Part shown: positions 55,322-64,000 of the stretch, in pieces
Numbering within the stretch: position 1 is the first letter of the stretch
Layout of the letters: every line of letters starts with the position of its first letter
NCBI GenBank assembly: GCA_963836235.1
Contig: CAWIIP010000004.1
Span: forward strand, 672,001-736,000
Direction: 5' to 3'
Source of the DNA: an uncultured Pseudomonadota bacterium
Lineage (GTDB): Bacteria; Oederibacteriota; Muellerivitia; Muellerivitales; Muellerivitaceae
Length of the DNA stretch: 64,000 nucleotides
Notes under the pieces: model-generated
The model's input: only the letters and a program-made list of their open reading frames with translations
Told to the model about the DNA's origin: nothing
The model's database searches: none
Made by a program: the position numbers and the translations under genes

Positions 55322-56914
55322 CTAAAAGAGAGCCGAGAGGGTGAGGCCGCCCGTGACACCGCTCAGGTCGACCTTCAAGGGCGACATGCCGGTGGGATCA
55401 GGGTCAGCCTCGGGGACGATGGTGATCTGGGAACCGCTGGATGAATTGGGATCATATTCCAGGCGGGAAAGGGTGCTTTGGCCTCCGCTGGAAACATTTC
55501 CCGTCAAATGTCTCGACTGAAGCCAGCGGTAGCCGATGGAGGGCGATAAGAAGAAGTTGTCCGCAAACTCCCAATCCAGGCCCACCTGCGCTTCGCCCCC
55601 GAATACCACCGAATTAAAATCACTCGTTCCCGATCCTGAGGGGTTGCTGTAGTTCACGTTAACCGCGATCGAGGCCAAGCGGGGCCCGATAGAGGCAAAG
55701 AACTGTAGGGGCCTATCTCCCGCCAAAAGCTTCACGTCCAGTCCACCCACCAAGGCGCTTAAGGCGTAAGAAATGGAGCTGTTCCCATAAAGGGCGCTCT
55801 GGATATTCTCGGAAACGGTTCCCGCGGGCAGGACACTGAGGGGGAGGCCGAACTCCAGATGGGCGTCCATCCGCAGGACCGGTTCCACAATGTAGCCGAT
55901 CAAGGAATTGGGAACGGATCCGGAAAAGCGGTAGCTGGGATCGACGCTTGCTTGGGAGTTCGCGTAGAAAACCTGGGCCTGCACCTCGGCCGTGAATTCC
56001 GCCAAGTTGATGAAGGATACTTGCGGCTCCAGCCGCAAACCAAATTGGGGATAATCGATCGGAGCTGGGACGTTGGGTGTTTTTCCGGTGCCATAGGCAT
56101 TGACCTGCGCGTCCACCCATTGTTTTTCTTGGAAGGTCAGCGGGGACCTCAAGCGGCGGACGAAGTAGTCCAATTTTTCATTGGGTCTTAATTTGCAGGA
56201 AATGCCAAGGTTCATCACCGCGTCACGGAGGTGACCGGCTTTGTATTGGCAAGATCCGAGATAATAGTAAATATGGGAGTCGCCCGGTTTTTGAGCGAGG
56301 GCTTGTTTGAAAAAAGGTATGGCATCCTGATATTGCTTCTGCTTGAAAAGGGCCAAGGCTTGGCTATAGGCGTTGATATCCGGCGTGGGAGCGGCGGAGG
56401 CGGGTGGGATGGCCGTCTGTGCCGGGGCCGCGGATATCGTGGCGGGGCTGGTGGTCGGATTGGGGGTGGTTGTGGAAGGGGTGCCGGCGGAAACTTCGGG
56501 TGGCGGCGGTGGGGCCGGTGGCTCGACGGCAGGTTGGTCGTTTGTTTTAGAAGCGGCGGGGGGTGTGGCGATAGGTTTGGAAACCGCTCCGGTGGGAATA
56601 TCGGGAGGTGCCGGAGGCATGACGGATGGCTGGGTTTCGGGAACGGAGGGAGGTGTGGAAACGGTTGAAGGGGTGGAGTTGGGGGGAGTGCTGTTAGAGA
56701 CCTCGGGTGGCACTGGAGGGGGCGGTTGAACAACGGCTTGTGTATCAGGAAGGGCGGGAGGCGGGGAAAGAGTTGAGGGAAGGGACGCCGGCGGAGCATC
56801 GGTCGAAACATCGGGTGGCGGGGGAATTTGATCGTCGTTTGCCGCCAGTACCAAAGGCGGGGCAATCAGGCTTGAAGCCACCAGCGAAATGAAGATCAGG
56901 CGACGGTAGGGCAT
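55322..56914 (-). CDS. Secreted Pro-rich / TPR / outer-membrane beta-barrel protein
   Basis: Signal peptide; about 150-aa Pro/Thr/Ser tract; TPR (ALFKQKQYQDAIPFFKQAL...YYYLGSCQY); amphipathic strands; C-terminal Phe (LTLSALF). Confidence 0.7.
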   Translation of the reverse strand: MPYRRLIFISLVASSLIAPPLVLAANDDQIPPPPDVSTDAPPASLPSTLSPPPALPDTQAVVQPPPPVPPEVSNSTPPNSTPSTVSTPPSVPETQPSVMPPAPPDIPTGAVSKPIATPPAASKTNDQPAVEPPAPPPPPEVSAGTPSTTTPNPTTSPATISAAPAQTAIPPASAAPTPDINAYSQALALFKQKQYQDAIPFFKQALAQKPGDSHIYYYLGSCQYKAGHLRDAVMNLGISCKLRPNEKLDYFVRRLRSPLTFQEKQWVDAQVNAYGTGKTPNVPAPIDYPQFGLRLEPQVSFINLAEFTAEVQAQVFYANSQASVDPSYRFSGSVPNSLIGYIVEPVLRMDAHLEFGLPLSVLPAGTVSENIQSALYGNSSISYALSALVGGLDVKLLAGDRPLQFFASIGPRLASIAVNVNYSNPSGSGTSDFNSVVFGGEAQVGLDWEFADNFFLSPSIGYRWLQSRHLTGNVSSGGQSTLSRLEYDPNSSSGSQITIVPEADPDPTGMSPLKVDLSGVTGGLTLSALF

Positions 56915-57035
56915 AAAACCTCGCTTATCGGTATTGGAATAATCGGCGCATTATAGCCTGAAATGGGGGCGGGGAAAAACGCAGAGTTTATATGGGTGGT
57001 TCCCCAGGTTCGTGTTGTCATCGGAAGCTCAAAAC

Positions 57036-57063
57036 AAAAGAGCCTCTTGTAAGGGAGGCTCTT
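57036..57063 (-). terminator. Rho-independent terminator
   Basis: Minus strand AAGAGCCTC-loop-GAGGCTCTT followed by TTGTTTT, downstream of stop 57117. Confidence 0.75.
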
Positions 57064-57116
57064 CATTTAAGGGAGTTTCTTGAAATGCGAATACCCTTGG
57101 ATGTCTATTTTATGTT

Positions 57117-58826
57117 TTAATACAGTTCCATATTGTCGATAATGTAATCCCCGGTAGCGGCCTGAGTACCGCCATAGACATTAATCTCGACGCCAATCCC
57201 GCTTACGCTCGTTTCGTCGGTTGTCCAACTGGGTCCGGAGGGTTGGAGGGAAACCTCCGTCCATTGGCCCACAGTTAGTGGGATATAGCTGTATCCTCCA
57301 GGAATTTCGCCGCCAAGGCCTCCTGTGCCGTAAATGTCCCCACTGGTGGTTTTTACGTAATTGGCGGCCCCGTAACCCGCAGAACCTGTGGCATCCGTCA
57401 TCGGATAAACCCAAACCCTGACACCCACCGCACCGATGGCAATGAAGTTGATGGGGAAGCCGTTACCGGAGGTTATGGGATTCCAAACATAATTCGATTC
57501 GATTTGCATGTCATTTCCCGCCGCAGACAACATGGTCATATCCAAGGCGCTCACGCCGCCCGAGGCATTCGTGATTCCCAAATTGGCATATGAGTTGGGG
57601 GTAATAATATCTCCGCCCCCCGAATTGTAGTCCACGTAGAACCCATCCACTGAACCGTCTTCAAAGGTCCAGGAATAGTTGGGGACCGCAGTGAAAGTGG
57701 CTGTGGCGGTGCTGGTGGGCGTGCTGGTGGAAGATGCCGTGGCGGTGTTGGTGGCGGAATCGGTGGCCGTCATAGTTGCGGAATCAGTTGGAGTTGCCGT
57801 GATAGTGGCCGTGGCGGCGCCCGTATCGGTAGGGGTGGCGGAAGCGGTTTGAGTCGGGCTATCCGTGATGGTGGAAGTAACGGTGTCGGTGGTGGTGTTA
57901 CTTGGCGTATTGGTCGCGCTGGGCGGAGTAATGGTGACGTCATCAATCCAGATGGTCACTGGCGAACCGTTGGATTGGCCGGCTCCCGTCCCGCTGGGGA
58001 CTTGAAGGCCAAATTGGATGATGGAAGTGGGAGCGCCCGGGTTGATCACGTAAGACATCTGGAACCAGGTTCCGGCGGAATAACTGCCTCCACCGCCGCC
58101 AGCATTGGTCCAGTCGCCACCATCCCAGAGGCTGGCGCTGGGGCCGCTTTGGTCGAAAACCTGCATGGCGTTCCCATTGTTGGAGGCCATCACCCAAAAG
58201 CTGATAGTGCTTCCGGGTAATATGGTGACGCCGGGGCTTGGGAACTGGATGCCAATTTGTTCCTGTTGGGCGGTGGTGGTGAAGGGAAGCACAACCTTTA
58301 AAGATCCAGTTCCGCCATGAAAAATGGTCGTGTCTTGAGAAATGGTAGCGGTAACGGATCCCCAAGCGTTCCAGCATTGGGTTCCGGAATCAAAAGTGTA
58401 GTTTGTTAGGAAAGTGGGCACGCAAGTTGTCGGTGTGCTTGTCACGGTAGCGGTAGCGCTATTGGTCGGGGTTGCCGTGGCCGTTGAAGCTCCGGTATTG
58501 GTTGGTGTGGCGGTAACTGTAAGCGTCGGGCTATTGGTGGTTGTGGAAGTGAGGGTCTTGGTAGGGGTAGCCGTTGCCGTATTGGTTGCGGCACTGGGAG
58601 GAGTACTGGTTGGAGTAAAGGAGGCGGTGCTCGTGGGACTGTTGGTAGGGGTATTGGTTGCCACTACAAGTGTGGTATTGGTTGGGGTTGCGGTGCTGGT
58701 GCTGTTTATTACAGCAATCGGAAGGGTCGGGGAGACGGAAATGTTCCGGGAGCATCCCGATAAGAAATAGGTGGTGATTGTCGCCGTTGTCGTGATAAAG
58801 CCTATCCATGTTTGAAAACGCGCCAT
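57117..58826 (-). CDS. Lipoprotein with two Thr-rich stalks and two CBM-like beta-sandwich domains
   Basis: Lipobox FLSGC; domains begin YTFDSGTQCW / WTFEDGSVDGF and end IWIDDVTI / YIIDNMELY. Confidence 0.75.
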   Translation of the reverse strand: MARFQTWIGFITTTATITTYFLSGCSRNISVSPTLPIAVINSTSTATPTNTTLVVATNTPTNSPTSTASFTPTSTPPSAATNTATATPTKTLTSTTTNSPTLTVTATPTNTGASTATATPTNSATATVTSTPTTCVPTFLTNYTFDSGTQCWNAWGSVTATISQDTTIFHGGTGSLKVVLPFTTTAQQEQIGIQFPSPGVTILPGSTISFWVMASNNGNAMQVFDQSGPSASLWDGGDWTNAGGGGGSYSAGTWFQMSYVINPGAPTSIIQFGLQVPSGTGAGQSNGSPVTIWIDDVTITPPSATNTPSNTTTDTVTSTITDSPTQTASATPTDTGAATATITATPTDSATMTATDSATNTATASSTSTPTSTATATFTAVPNYSWTFEDGSVDGFYVDYNSGGGDIITPNSYANLGITNASGGVSALDMTMLSAAGNDMQIESNYVWNPITSGNGFPINFIAIGAVGVRVWVYPMTDATGSAGYGAANYVKTTSGDIYGTGGLGGEIPGGYSYIPLTVGQWTEVSLQPSGPSWTTDETSVSGIGVEINVYGGTQAATGDYIIDNMELY

Positions 58827-59004
58827 AAGAGTTTTCTTCCTTATTTTGATTTAAAAGCTTGATGCGAATGGTGAAATGATACCACGATTTTTTTGATATT
58901 TTAATTTTCAATTTGAGTTAAGGCTGATGGGAGGGTGTAACCGGGCTTTCTAAGTGAAGCCTTTAAATGGGGCAGCCAGCTTGAAAAAGGGTTTTGGTCA
59001 AAGG

Positions 59005-59040
59005 AAAAAGTGGCCCACGTCGAAATGTGGGCCGCTTTTT
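59005..59040 (-). terminator. Rho-independent terminator (possibly bidirectional)
   Basis: AAAAAGTGGCCCACGT-CGAA-ATGTGGGCCGCTTTTT. Confidence 0.85.
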
Positions 59041-59070
59041 AATTAACAAGAACTTTAAGGCAACGAAAAG

Positions 59071-60474
59071 TTAATAAACTTGAATGTTATCGATTTGGAT
59101 GTTGCTGGGGTTAAAGGTCTGGCCGGTTCCCCATCCGCCCGTGGCGCCTTGAATAATGATTTGGCTTACGGCAGCCGCATTAACGGATCCCCAGGCGGTG
59201 GAGGTGGCGGAAAGGTCCAGTTCGGTCCATGCGCCTTGGGTTAGGTTCACATAATAACTATAACTGGTGTTCGCACCGTCGGAAGGGAAGATTTGTCCTC
59301 CCGGATAGCCACCGGCGACTGTACCGGCATCGATCCACATTTGACAACGGATTCCACCACCAGTCAAATTTAACGCTGGAGTAAAGGCTTGGACAATTCC
59401 AGCTGATTCGGAGGTGCCATTATTAGTGGGGGCCACATACCCGCTTGATGTAAAAGGAGCATATAAATTGAGGGCGTATAAAGAACTGTCACCCGCATCT
59501 GGAGTGGGTGTGCTCAAGACGGTTCCAGTTTCACTACCTCCGACAATGGACCAGCCTTGAGCGGTTCCGCTTTCGAAGTCCCATGTTTGGATGGGTGTGG
59601 GAGTAAACGTTGGCGTTGAGGGAGCCGGCGCCGTGATAGAAACTGAGGCAATATAAACAGTTACTGGAGAAGTAATATAAGGAGCGCCATTAGCCGGTAC
59701 TTGGAAAATAAACTGGGTGACGCCTTCCCCGGTTGCCGCTGGATAATTATAACTCACGGTGACCCAACTGCTTGATGGAGCTGTTTCAGTCACCAACGCA
59801 CTGTAGTCAAAATAGGAGCCGCCATCCACACTGCCTTGCGTGAAAATTTGAGTATATTGACCACTCAAGGTTGTGGAAGAAACCACTTGATATAAAAGTG
59901 ATATGGTTGATCCCGGGGTTATGGTTACTCCTGAGGCGAATTGCATGCCAATGAGTTCTTGGCCGGTAGTAGTGCCGCTAAACGGAAGTACGATTTCAAT
60001 GGCGCCGCCACCAGGAGGCGTTACTCCACCAACACTATTCGTTTGAGTTACTGTAGTAGGTATAATCCCATTCGCTGTCCAGCCTTGATTGCAAGTGGCG
60101 AAAGTATAAGTCGCTTGGAGCACTGGAGTGCCGCAACCCGCGCCAGGTGTGTTAGTAATGGTGGGGGTCGCGGTATTGGTTGGTGTACTTGTGATGGTAA
60201 AAGTGGAAGTCAATGTGGGAGTGTTGGTGGGTGTGTTGGTCGGTCCACCGGGTGTGTTAGTGCTGGTGCCAGTGGCGGTATTGGTCGGCGTACTTGTGAT
60301 GGTTGCCGTGGCGGTTTTTGTGGCTGTGGATGTTGGGGGCGCGGGAACGGTATTCGTCGGAGTGAAAGTGTTTGTGGGCGGGAAGGTGGGCGATGCAAGA
60401 TGGCGGCAGCTACTCCCCATTGTCAAAATCGACACCAAGGTTATCAGGAAAGTAAATCCGATCCAATGCTTCAT
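59071..60474 (-). CDS. Paralogous lipoprotein with Thr-rich stalk and two CBM-like domains
   Basis: Lipobox GSSC; YTFATCNQGW...VYIASVSI and WDFESGTAQGW...IQIDNIQVY; shares GVTIxPGSTIS, QFxxQVP and SPVT with 57117..58826. Confidence 0.75.
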   Translation of the reverse strand: MKHWIGFTFLITLVSILTMGSSCRHLASPTFPPTNTFTPTNTVPAPPTSTATKTATATITSTPTNTATGTSTNTPGGPTNTPTNTPTLTSTFTITSTPTNTATPTITNTPGAGCGTPVLQATYTFATCNQGWTANGIIPTTVTQTNSVGGVTPPGGGAIEIVLPFSGTTTGQELIGMQFASGVTITPGSTISLLYQVVSSTTLSGQYTQIFTQGSVDGGSYFDYSALVTETAPSSSWVTVSYNYPAATGEGVTQFIFQVPANGAPYITSPVTVYIASVSITAPAPSTPTFTPTPIQTWDFESGTAQGWSIVGGSETGTVLSTPTPDAGDSSLYALNLYAPFTSSGYVAPTNNGTSESAGIVQAFTPALNLTGGGIRCQMWIDAGTVAGGYPGGQIFPSDGANTSYSYYVNLTQGAWTELDLSATSTAWGSVNAAAVSQIIIQGATGGWGTGQTFNPSNIQIDNIQVY

Positions 60475-60796
60475 TTTCTGCCTCCGAGATTATTGAAACA
60501 ATTTTTTCAAGTGTTTGAAAGTATAGCACCGATCAATAAATTTCTCCTTTTCTAAAAGACGCTCAATTTAAATTATTAAGGGTTCCCTGAGGGCTACTTA
60601 ATTTTATGAATGAAAATAGGGAAAAAATGGATATTGCGAAGGGGATCGATTACTTGGGAAAAAATGTTTAACGGTTTACTGCAAAGCTGTTTATTTTTAA
60701 ACTTTTCAAAAAAGGTTTAAGTGCGTTTTTAAGGGTTTTTAAAGCTGAAAAAGTTTCCGGCTTCGCCGAGTTTTTAGTAGAATGCCACCGCTTTTC

Positions 60797-60823
60797 TAAT
60801 AGCTGTTCTTCAAACGCCGATAA
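60797..60823 (+). promoter_or_regulatory. Possible sigma28-type promoter
   Basis: TAAT-AGCTGTTCTTCAAAC(15)-GCCGATAA; perfect -10 box, one mismatch in -35. Confidence 0.5.
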
Positions 60824-60853
60824 ACTTCTATCTCTTTCCTAATCAAGGTGGCC

Positions 60854-61621
60854 ATGGCCCAGTCAAAAAAAATTTATTATGGAACTGTCTTGTGCCTTGC
60901 GGTTTTAGTGGCTGGTTGTGGGGCCGTTTTGGTGAACCAGGGCGCCAAGAACGAGCCTTTGACCGATGGGTTAAAAAATCCAGCAGACCTAGTGGCCAAG
61001 GTCACTGTGCCCCCTGACCAAAAGGTGATTGATAATTTCGAAGACGGTTCCACCAACATGAGTTCGAAACTATATGGGGGTGGAGGAACTTGGAATGCTT
61101 TCGCTTCCGCCGGTAATACCCTGAATACTCCCTACGTCGTTTCCGGAGGGGCCAATGGAACCGCTATGGGCGCCCATATTTCCGGTACGCTGGTCAACAA
61201 GGGTGACGGTCAATATCCTTCCTTCACTCTCCAGGGAATGTTTAAAAAAAGTGGTATCTACGATGCCAGTATGTTTGAAGGCATCCGGTTTTATTATAAA
61301 TGCCCAGCCGACGACAAGGCTCCGACCCGGCGTTTCAACGTGACTATTCCCGCCACCCTGCCTTCTTCCGGCGGCGGGACTTGCTCGGACCAGTGCTACA
61401 ACCATTTCGGGGCGGACCTTTCGATGACTGGGGATTGGGTTCAAAAAACTTATTCCTTCAGCGATTTTAAGCGCCAACCGGGTTGGGGATCCATCGTAAC
61501 GCCTCCGGATTTTACCGATCACTTAAAGGAATTAATGACGATTGAATGGAACCACAATGCCGGTAATGCCGCCGGGACCTACCCGATAGATTACTGGGTG
61601 GATGAGGTTGAGTTTTTTTAG
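60854..61621 (+). CDS. CBM11/CIA30-like carbohydrate-binding lipoprotein
   Basis: Lipobox LVAGC; IDNFEDG, YDASMFEGIRFYYK, CYNHFG, DFKRQPGWG, DYWVDEVEFF; start ATG 60854 or GTG 60848. Confidence 0.75.
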   Translation: MAQSKKIYYGTVLCLAVLVAGCGAVLVNQGAKNEPLTDGLKNPADLVAKVTVPPDQKVIDNFEDGSTNMSSKLYGGGGTWNAFASAGNTLNTPYVVSGGANGTAMGAHISGTLVNKGDGQYPSFTLQGMFKKSGIYDASMFEGIRFYYKCPADDKAPTRRFNVTIPATLPSSGGGTCSDQCYNHFGADLSMTGDWVQKTYSFSDFKRQPGWGSIVTPPDFTDHLKELMTIEWNHNAGNAAGTYPIDYWVDEVEFF

Positions 61622-61722
61622 ACGGTTATAAAAATGTTTATGTTGAAGGTTTGGCTGTTAAAACGCTTTTGCCAAAGGGCGTTGAATCCCTCGTGCTTCA
61701 GGAGTGCGGTTTGAGGTTTGAA

Positions 61723-64000
61723 ATGAAAACCAAGTGGTCCGGCCTTTTTTTCGGGTTCCTGTTATTGGGAACCTTTGGGCTTTCTTTGCTTTGGGCCGAT
61801 CCCAGCGATAACGTTACCTCGGACCAATCCCTTTACCAGCGGGTCAAAAAGCTGGAGGACTATGGCCTCTTGGACCCTCAGGACAAAGCAATTTTGGATC
61901 AAGGCTTAGTGGTCAATCGACTTGAATTGGCTTTTTATGTCGAAAAGGCAAAGGCTCGATTAGATGCTCCCGAGTTTCCGACCGCAGTTCCGGTATTAGA
62001 GACACCAACCCTTGTACCGGCCTTGCCGGCACCTTCCTTAGAAGTGCCCGCTCTTCCCACGCCCACAGTTGAAGTGCCAACGATGCCAACGCCGACAGCA
62101 GCAATCGTAGTTCCGCCGCCTATGGAGGCTCCCACCCTACCTGCGCCCATAGTTCCGGCTCCGGTGGCGACGACACCCAGCACGAACCAAGATGCCTTGA
62201 GAAAAGAGATCGATGATCTATTAAAAGAGTTACACCAGGAATCGGAAGTTTTGCGCAACCGGACAGGATTGGATGACTATCGTATCCAGCAGGATCAAGC
62301 GGAACTGGATAAACTCAAAGACGTCCAAGACGAAGTGGATTCCACTTTCAAAAAAGCCAACAAATCCGGAGGCGTCCCTCATTTCTCCACCATCTCCGAC
62401 ATCCGGGTGGAGAACGTCAATGTTTCCGGCCTCACGCAGGTCAGCGCCACATCCGTTAAGAATGAGGTTAACCTGGGAGTTTGGAGCGATTTGGGCGGGA
62501 AGGGATCCATCAGTTTGGGATTGGGAAGTTACGTATATTCCTCCGCTTCCGACACACCATCGGCGCCCGCCTCCATTTACCTTTTCAGCCCACAGATACA
62601 TTGGGGCATGGATGGGAAGCTGGGGCATTGGGACAATACTTTCGGGGTGGAGCTTTACACCGCTGATGTTGCCTTGGGGGATTTTTCCCGCGGTGTTCCT
62701 CTCAGTAATCTGCGGTATGAAGAACCATTTGAGATCAAAAGGTATTCCACCGATAAGAACATGAAGAACTGGGACGATTACATGACCAACCTGGGATATG
62801 TTCCCAGTTACACTTCCTGGGTGGGACAAGCCAGCACGGGAATTGTTTTCGACGGGCTATATATGTTGGGAAGCAATTTGCCCCTGTTGAACAAGGACGC
62901 CAAAGCCACTCTTCTTTTCGGCCGTATGGGAAGATCTGCCGAAGACCCTGACACCGACGTGCCCGAAAACCACCGATTGGAAGAGGGACTCAAATACAGC
63001 CAGCCTTGGGCCGGGGGATTTTTGCAGACATCCTTATCCGGTTATTGGATCAATGAGAATCTCGGAATCACGCCTCCGAATACTCCTGCCATGGATTCCC
63101 AAAATTATGATCTCGATATGGCATTCGATATTAAGCCCTTTTTCCTAGCCCTGAAGGGCGGGTACAGCCAATTTTATACGGGGATTCAAACCGGCACCAC
63201 CGACCCCGAACCTCTGAAAGCGCCGGCGGGTCAGGCATCCCTCACTTATTATCCCTTTACCTTCTATTACACCGCCATCAGCGATTCTTATTCGGATATC
63301 AATTCGACGGTATACACGGCGGGGTTCAACTGGAATAACTATGGATATTCCTATACGGGGAACGATTGGCTTTATGGTTACGTTGGGATGGTCAACGATA
63401 TGATTAGCGACCGCCACGGCTGGCGGGCCAACCTGGGCTGGCAGGGACGGCAACAGGATTGGATGAAGTCTTGGCCCTCTATTCTTGACGATGTGGTTGT
63501 CAATTTCGATGTAGCCTCCAACACCGAATACAGTGTCATTCCGGATGAAGCGGGCCATAACGTTATCGAATCTTACCAACTGATTACGGTTTTTTACCCG
63601 GATGACACCGGAATGTGGGGAAGCAGTGTTTGGGGCGGGTATGGGGGAATTCACCCCATGGGACAGGCCTACGAAAACAATATCGCGGGTATTCGAAACG
63701 ATGGATTGACCGTGGGCACCAATGAATACTATCTAACGGCGCTCGGAATAGATTACATGCAACGTGTTCCCTTCATTCTGCCGACCGCTAATGAGCCGAT
63801 TCAGGACATCAATGGAAAAGCCGTTACGGTGGGTCCCGGTATTAACACTTATACCAATCTCGATAACTTGAAAACCTTCAATTACATTACTTTGACGACC
63901 AAACTCCAGCTCAACAAGATGCTAGGGATGCCCCAGCCTTTCTATGGCAGTTTCTTTTTTACGGACCACCAGATTTCCGGAATCACAACCAATCCCGCCC
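61723..64000 (+). CDS. Large exported protein, SLH-like + Pro-rich + coiled coil + putative beta-barrel (OmpM/SomA-like); truncated by window end
   Basis: Not in the ORF track because it has no stop in the window. ATG 61723 MKTKWSGLFFGFLLLGTFGLSLLWA; SDNVTSDQSLYQRVKKLEDYGLL...NRLELAFYVEKA; LRKEIDDLLKELHQESEVLR; I found no in-frame stop up to 64000. Confidence 0.7.
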   Translation, partial: MKTKWSGLFFGFLLLGTFGLSLLWADPSDNVTSDQSLYQRVKKLEDYGLLDPQDKAILDQGLVVNRLELAFYVEKAKARLDAPEFPTAVPVLETPTLVPALPAPSLEVPALPTPTVEVPTMPTPTAAIVVPPPMEAPTLPAPIVPAPVATTPSTNQDALRKEIDDLLKELHQESEVLRNRTGLDDYRIQQDQAELDKLKDVQDEVDSTFKKANKSGGVPHFSTISDIRVENVNVSGLTQVSATSVKNEVNLGVWSDLGGKGSISLGLGSYVYSSASDTPSAPASIYLFSPQIHWGMDGKLGHWDNTFGVELYTADVALGDFSRGVPLSNLRYEEPFEIKRYSTDKNMKNWDDYMTNLGYVPSYTSWVGQASTGIVFDGLYMLGSNLPLLNKDAKATLLFGRMGRSAEDPDTDVPENHRLEEGLKYSQPWAGGFLQTSLSGYWINENLGITPPNTPAMDSQNYDLDMAFDIKPFFLALKGGYSQFYTGIQTGTTDPEPLKAPAGQASLTYYPFTFYYTAISDSYSDINSTVYTAGFNWNNYGYSYTGNDWLYGYVGMVNDMISDRHGWRANLGWQGRQQDWMKSWPSILDDVVVNFDVASNTEYSVIPDEAGHNVIESYQLITVFYPDDTGMWGSSVWGGYGGIHPMGQAYENNIAGIRNDGLTVGTNEYYLTALGIDYMQRVPFILPTANEPIQDINGKAVTVGPGINTYTNLDNLKTFNYITLTTKLQLNKMLGMPQPFYGSFFFTDHQISGITTNPA

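Noticed and set aside
51900-60400. Thr-codon tracts as CRISPR arrays or DNA tandem repeats
   Set aside because: Repetition is at the protein level with varied synonymous codons; no fixed repeat-spacer structure and no cas genes
58410-60555. Val/Gly-rich plus-strand ORFs (e.g. 58414..58770, 60128..60496)
   Set aside because: Reverse-complement reading of Thr/Pro linkers
61913-63654. Short ORFs listed in the track for the last 2 kb
   Set aside because: All overlap the single long plus-strand frame starting at 61723

Overview
64 kb of chromosome from a diderm bacterium with about 45 CDS. I saw no rRNA, tRNA, CRISPR array or transposase. Left part: CE4 deacetylase, NRAMP-family transporter, beta-helix protein, PAS hybrid kinase, NtrC-type sigma54 activator, a five-gene LolD/LolCE-like/LolA-like/OM-barrel unit carrying a cluster of single-base indels, an HI0933 flavoprotein, pilD, and a TonB receptor-YfiR-HAMP kinase-REC/Zn-ribbon operon. 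Middle (23.2-48.8 kb): a dense glycoside hydrolase region (GH31-PA14, 2x GH43-malectin, GH29, XylF, GH31, GH2, sugar-binding lipoprotein, GH44) whose enzyme set fits xyloglucan breakdown, with no SusC/D pair. Right part: GAF-GGDEF, a MazEF-type TA pair, Thr/Pro-stalked CBM-like lipoproteins, and a large SLH-like/coiled-coil/barrel-like gene that is missing from the ORF track and runs off the window end. The strongest non-coding signal is an identical 16-nt sigma54 promoter (TTGGCACAACCGTTGC) found twice, 14 kb apart, each with paired 17-bp enhancer-like sites at nearly the same distance, suggesting a small regulon of the local activator. Two sigma28-type promoters are also present. All calls rest on motifs recognised by eye; no searches were run.
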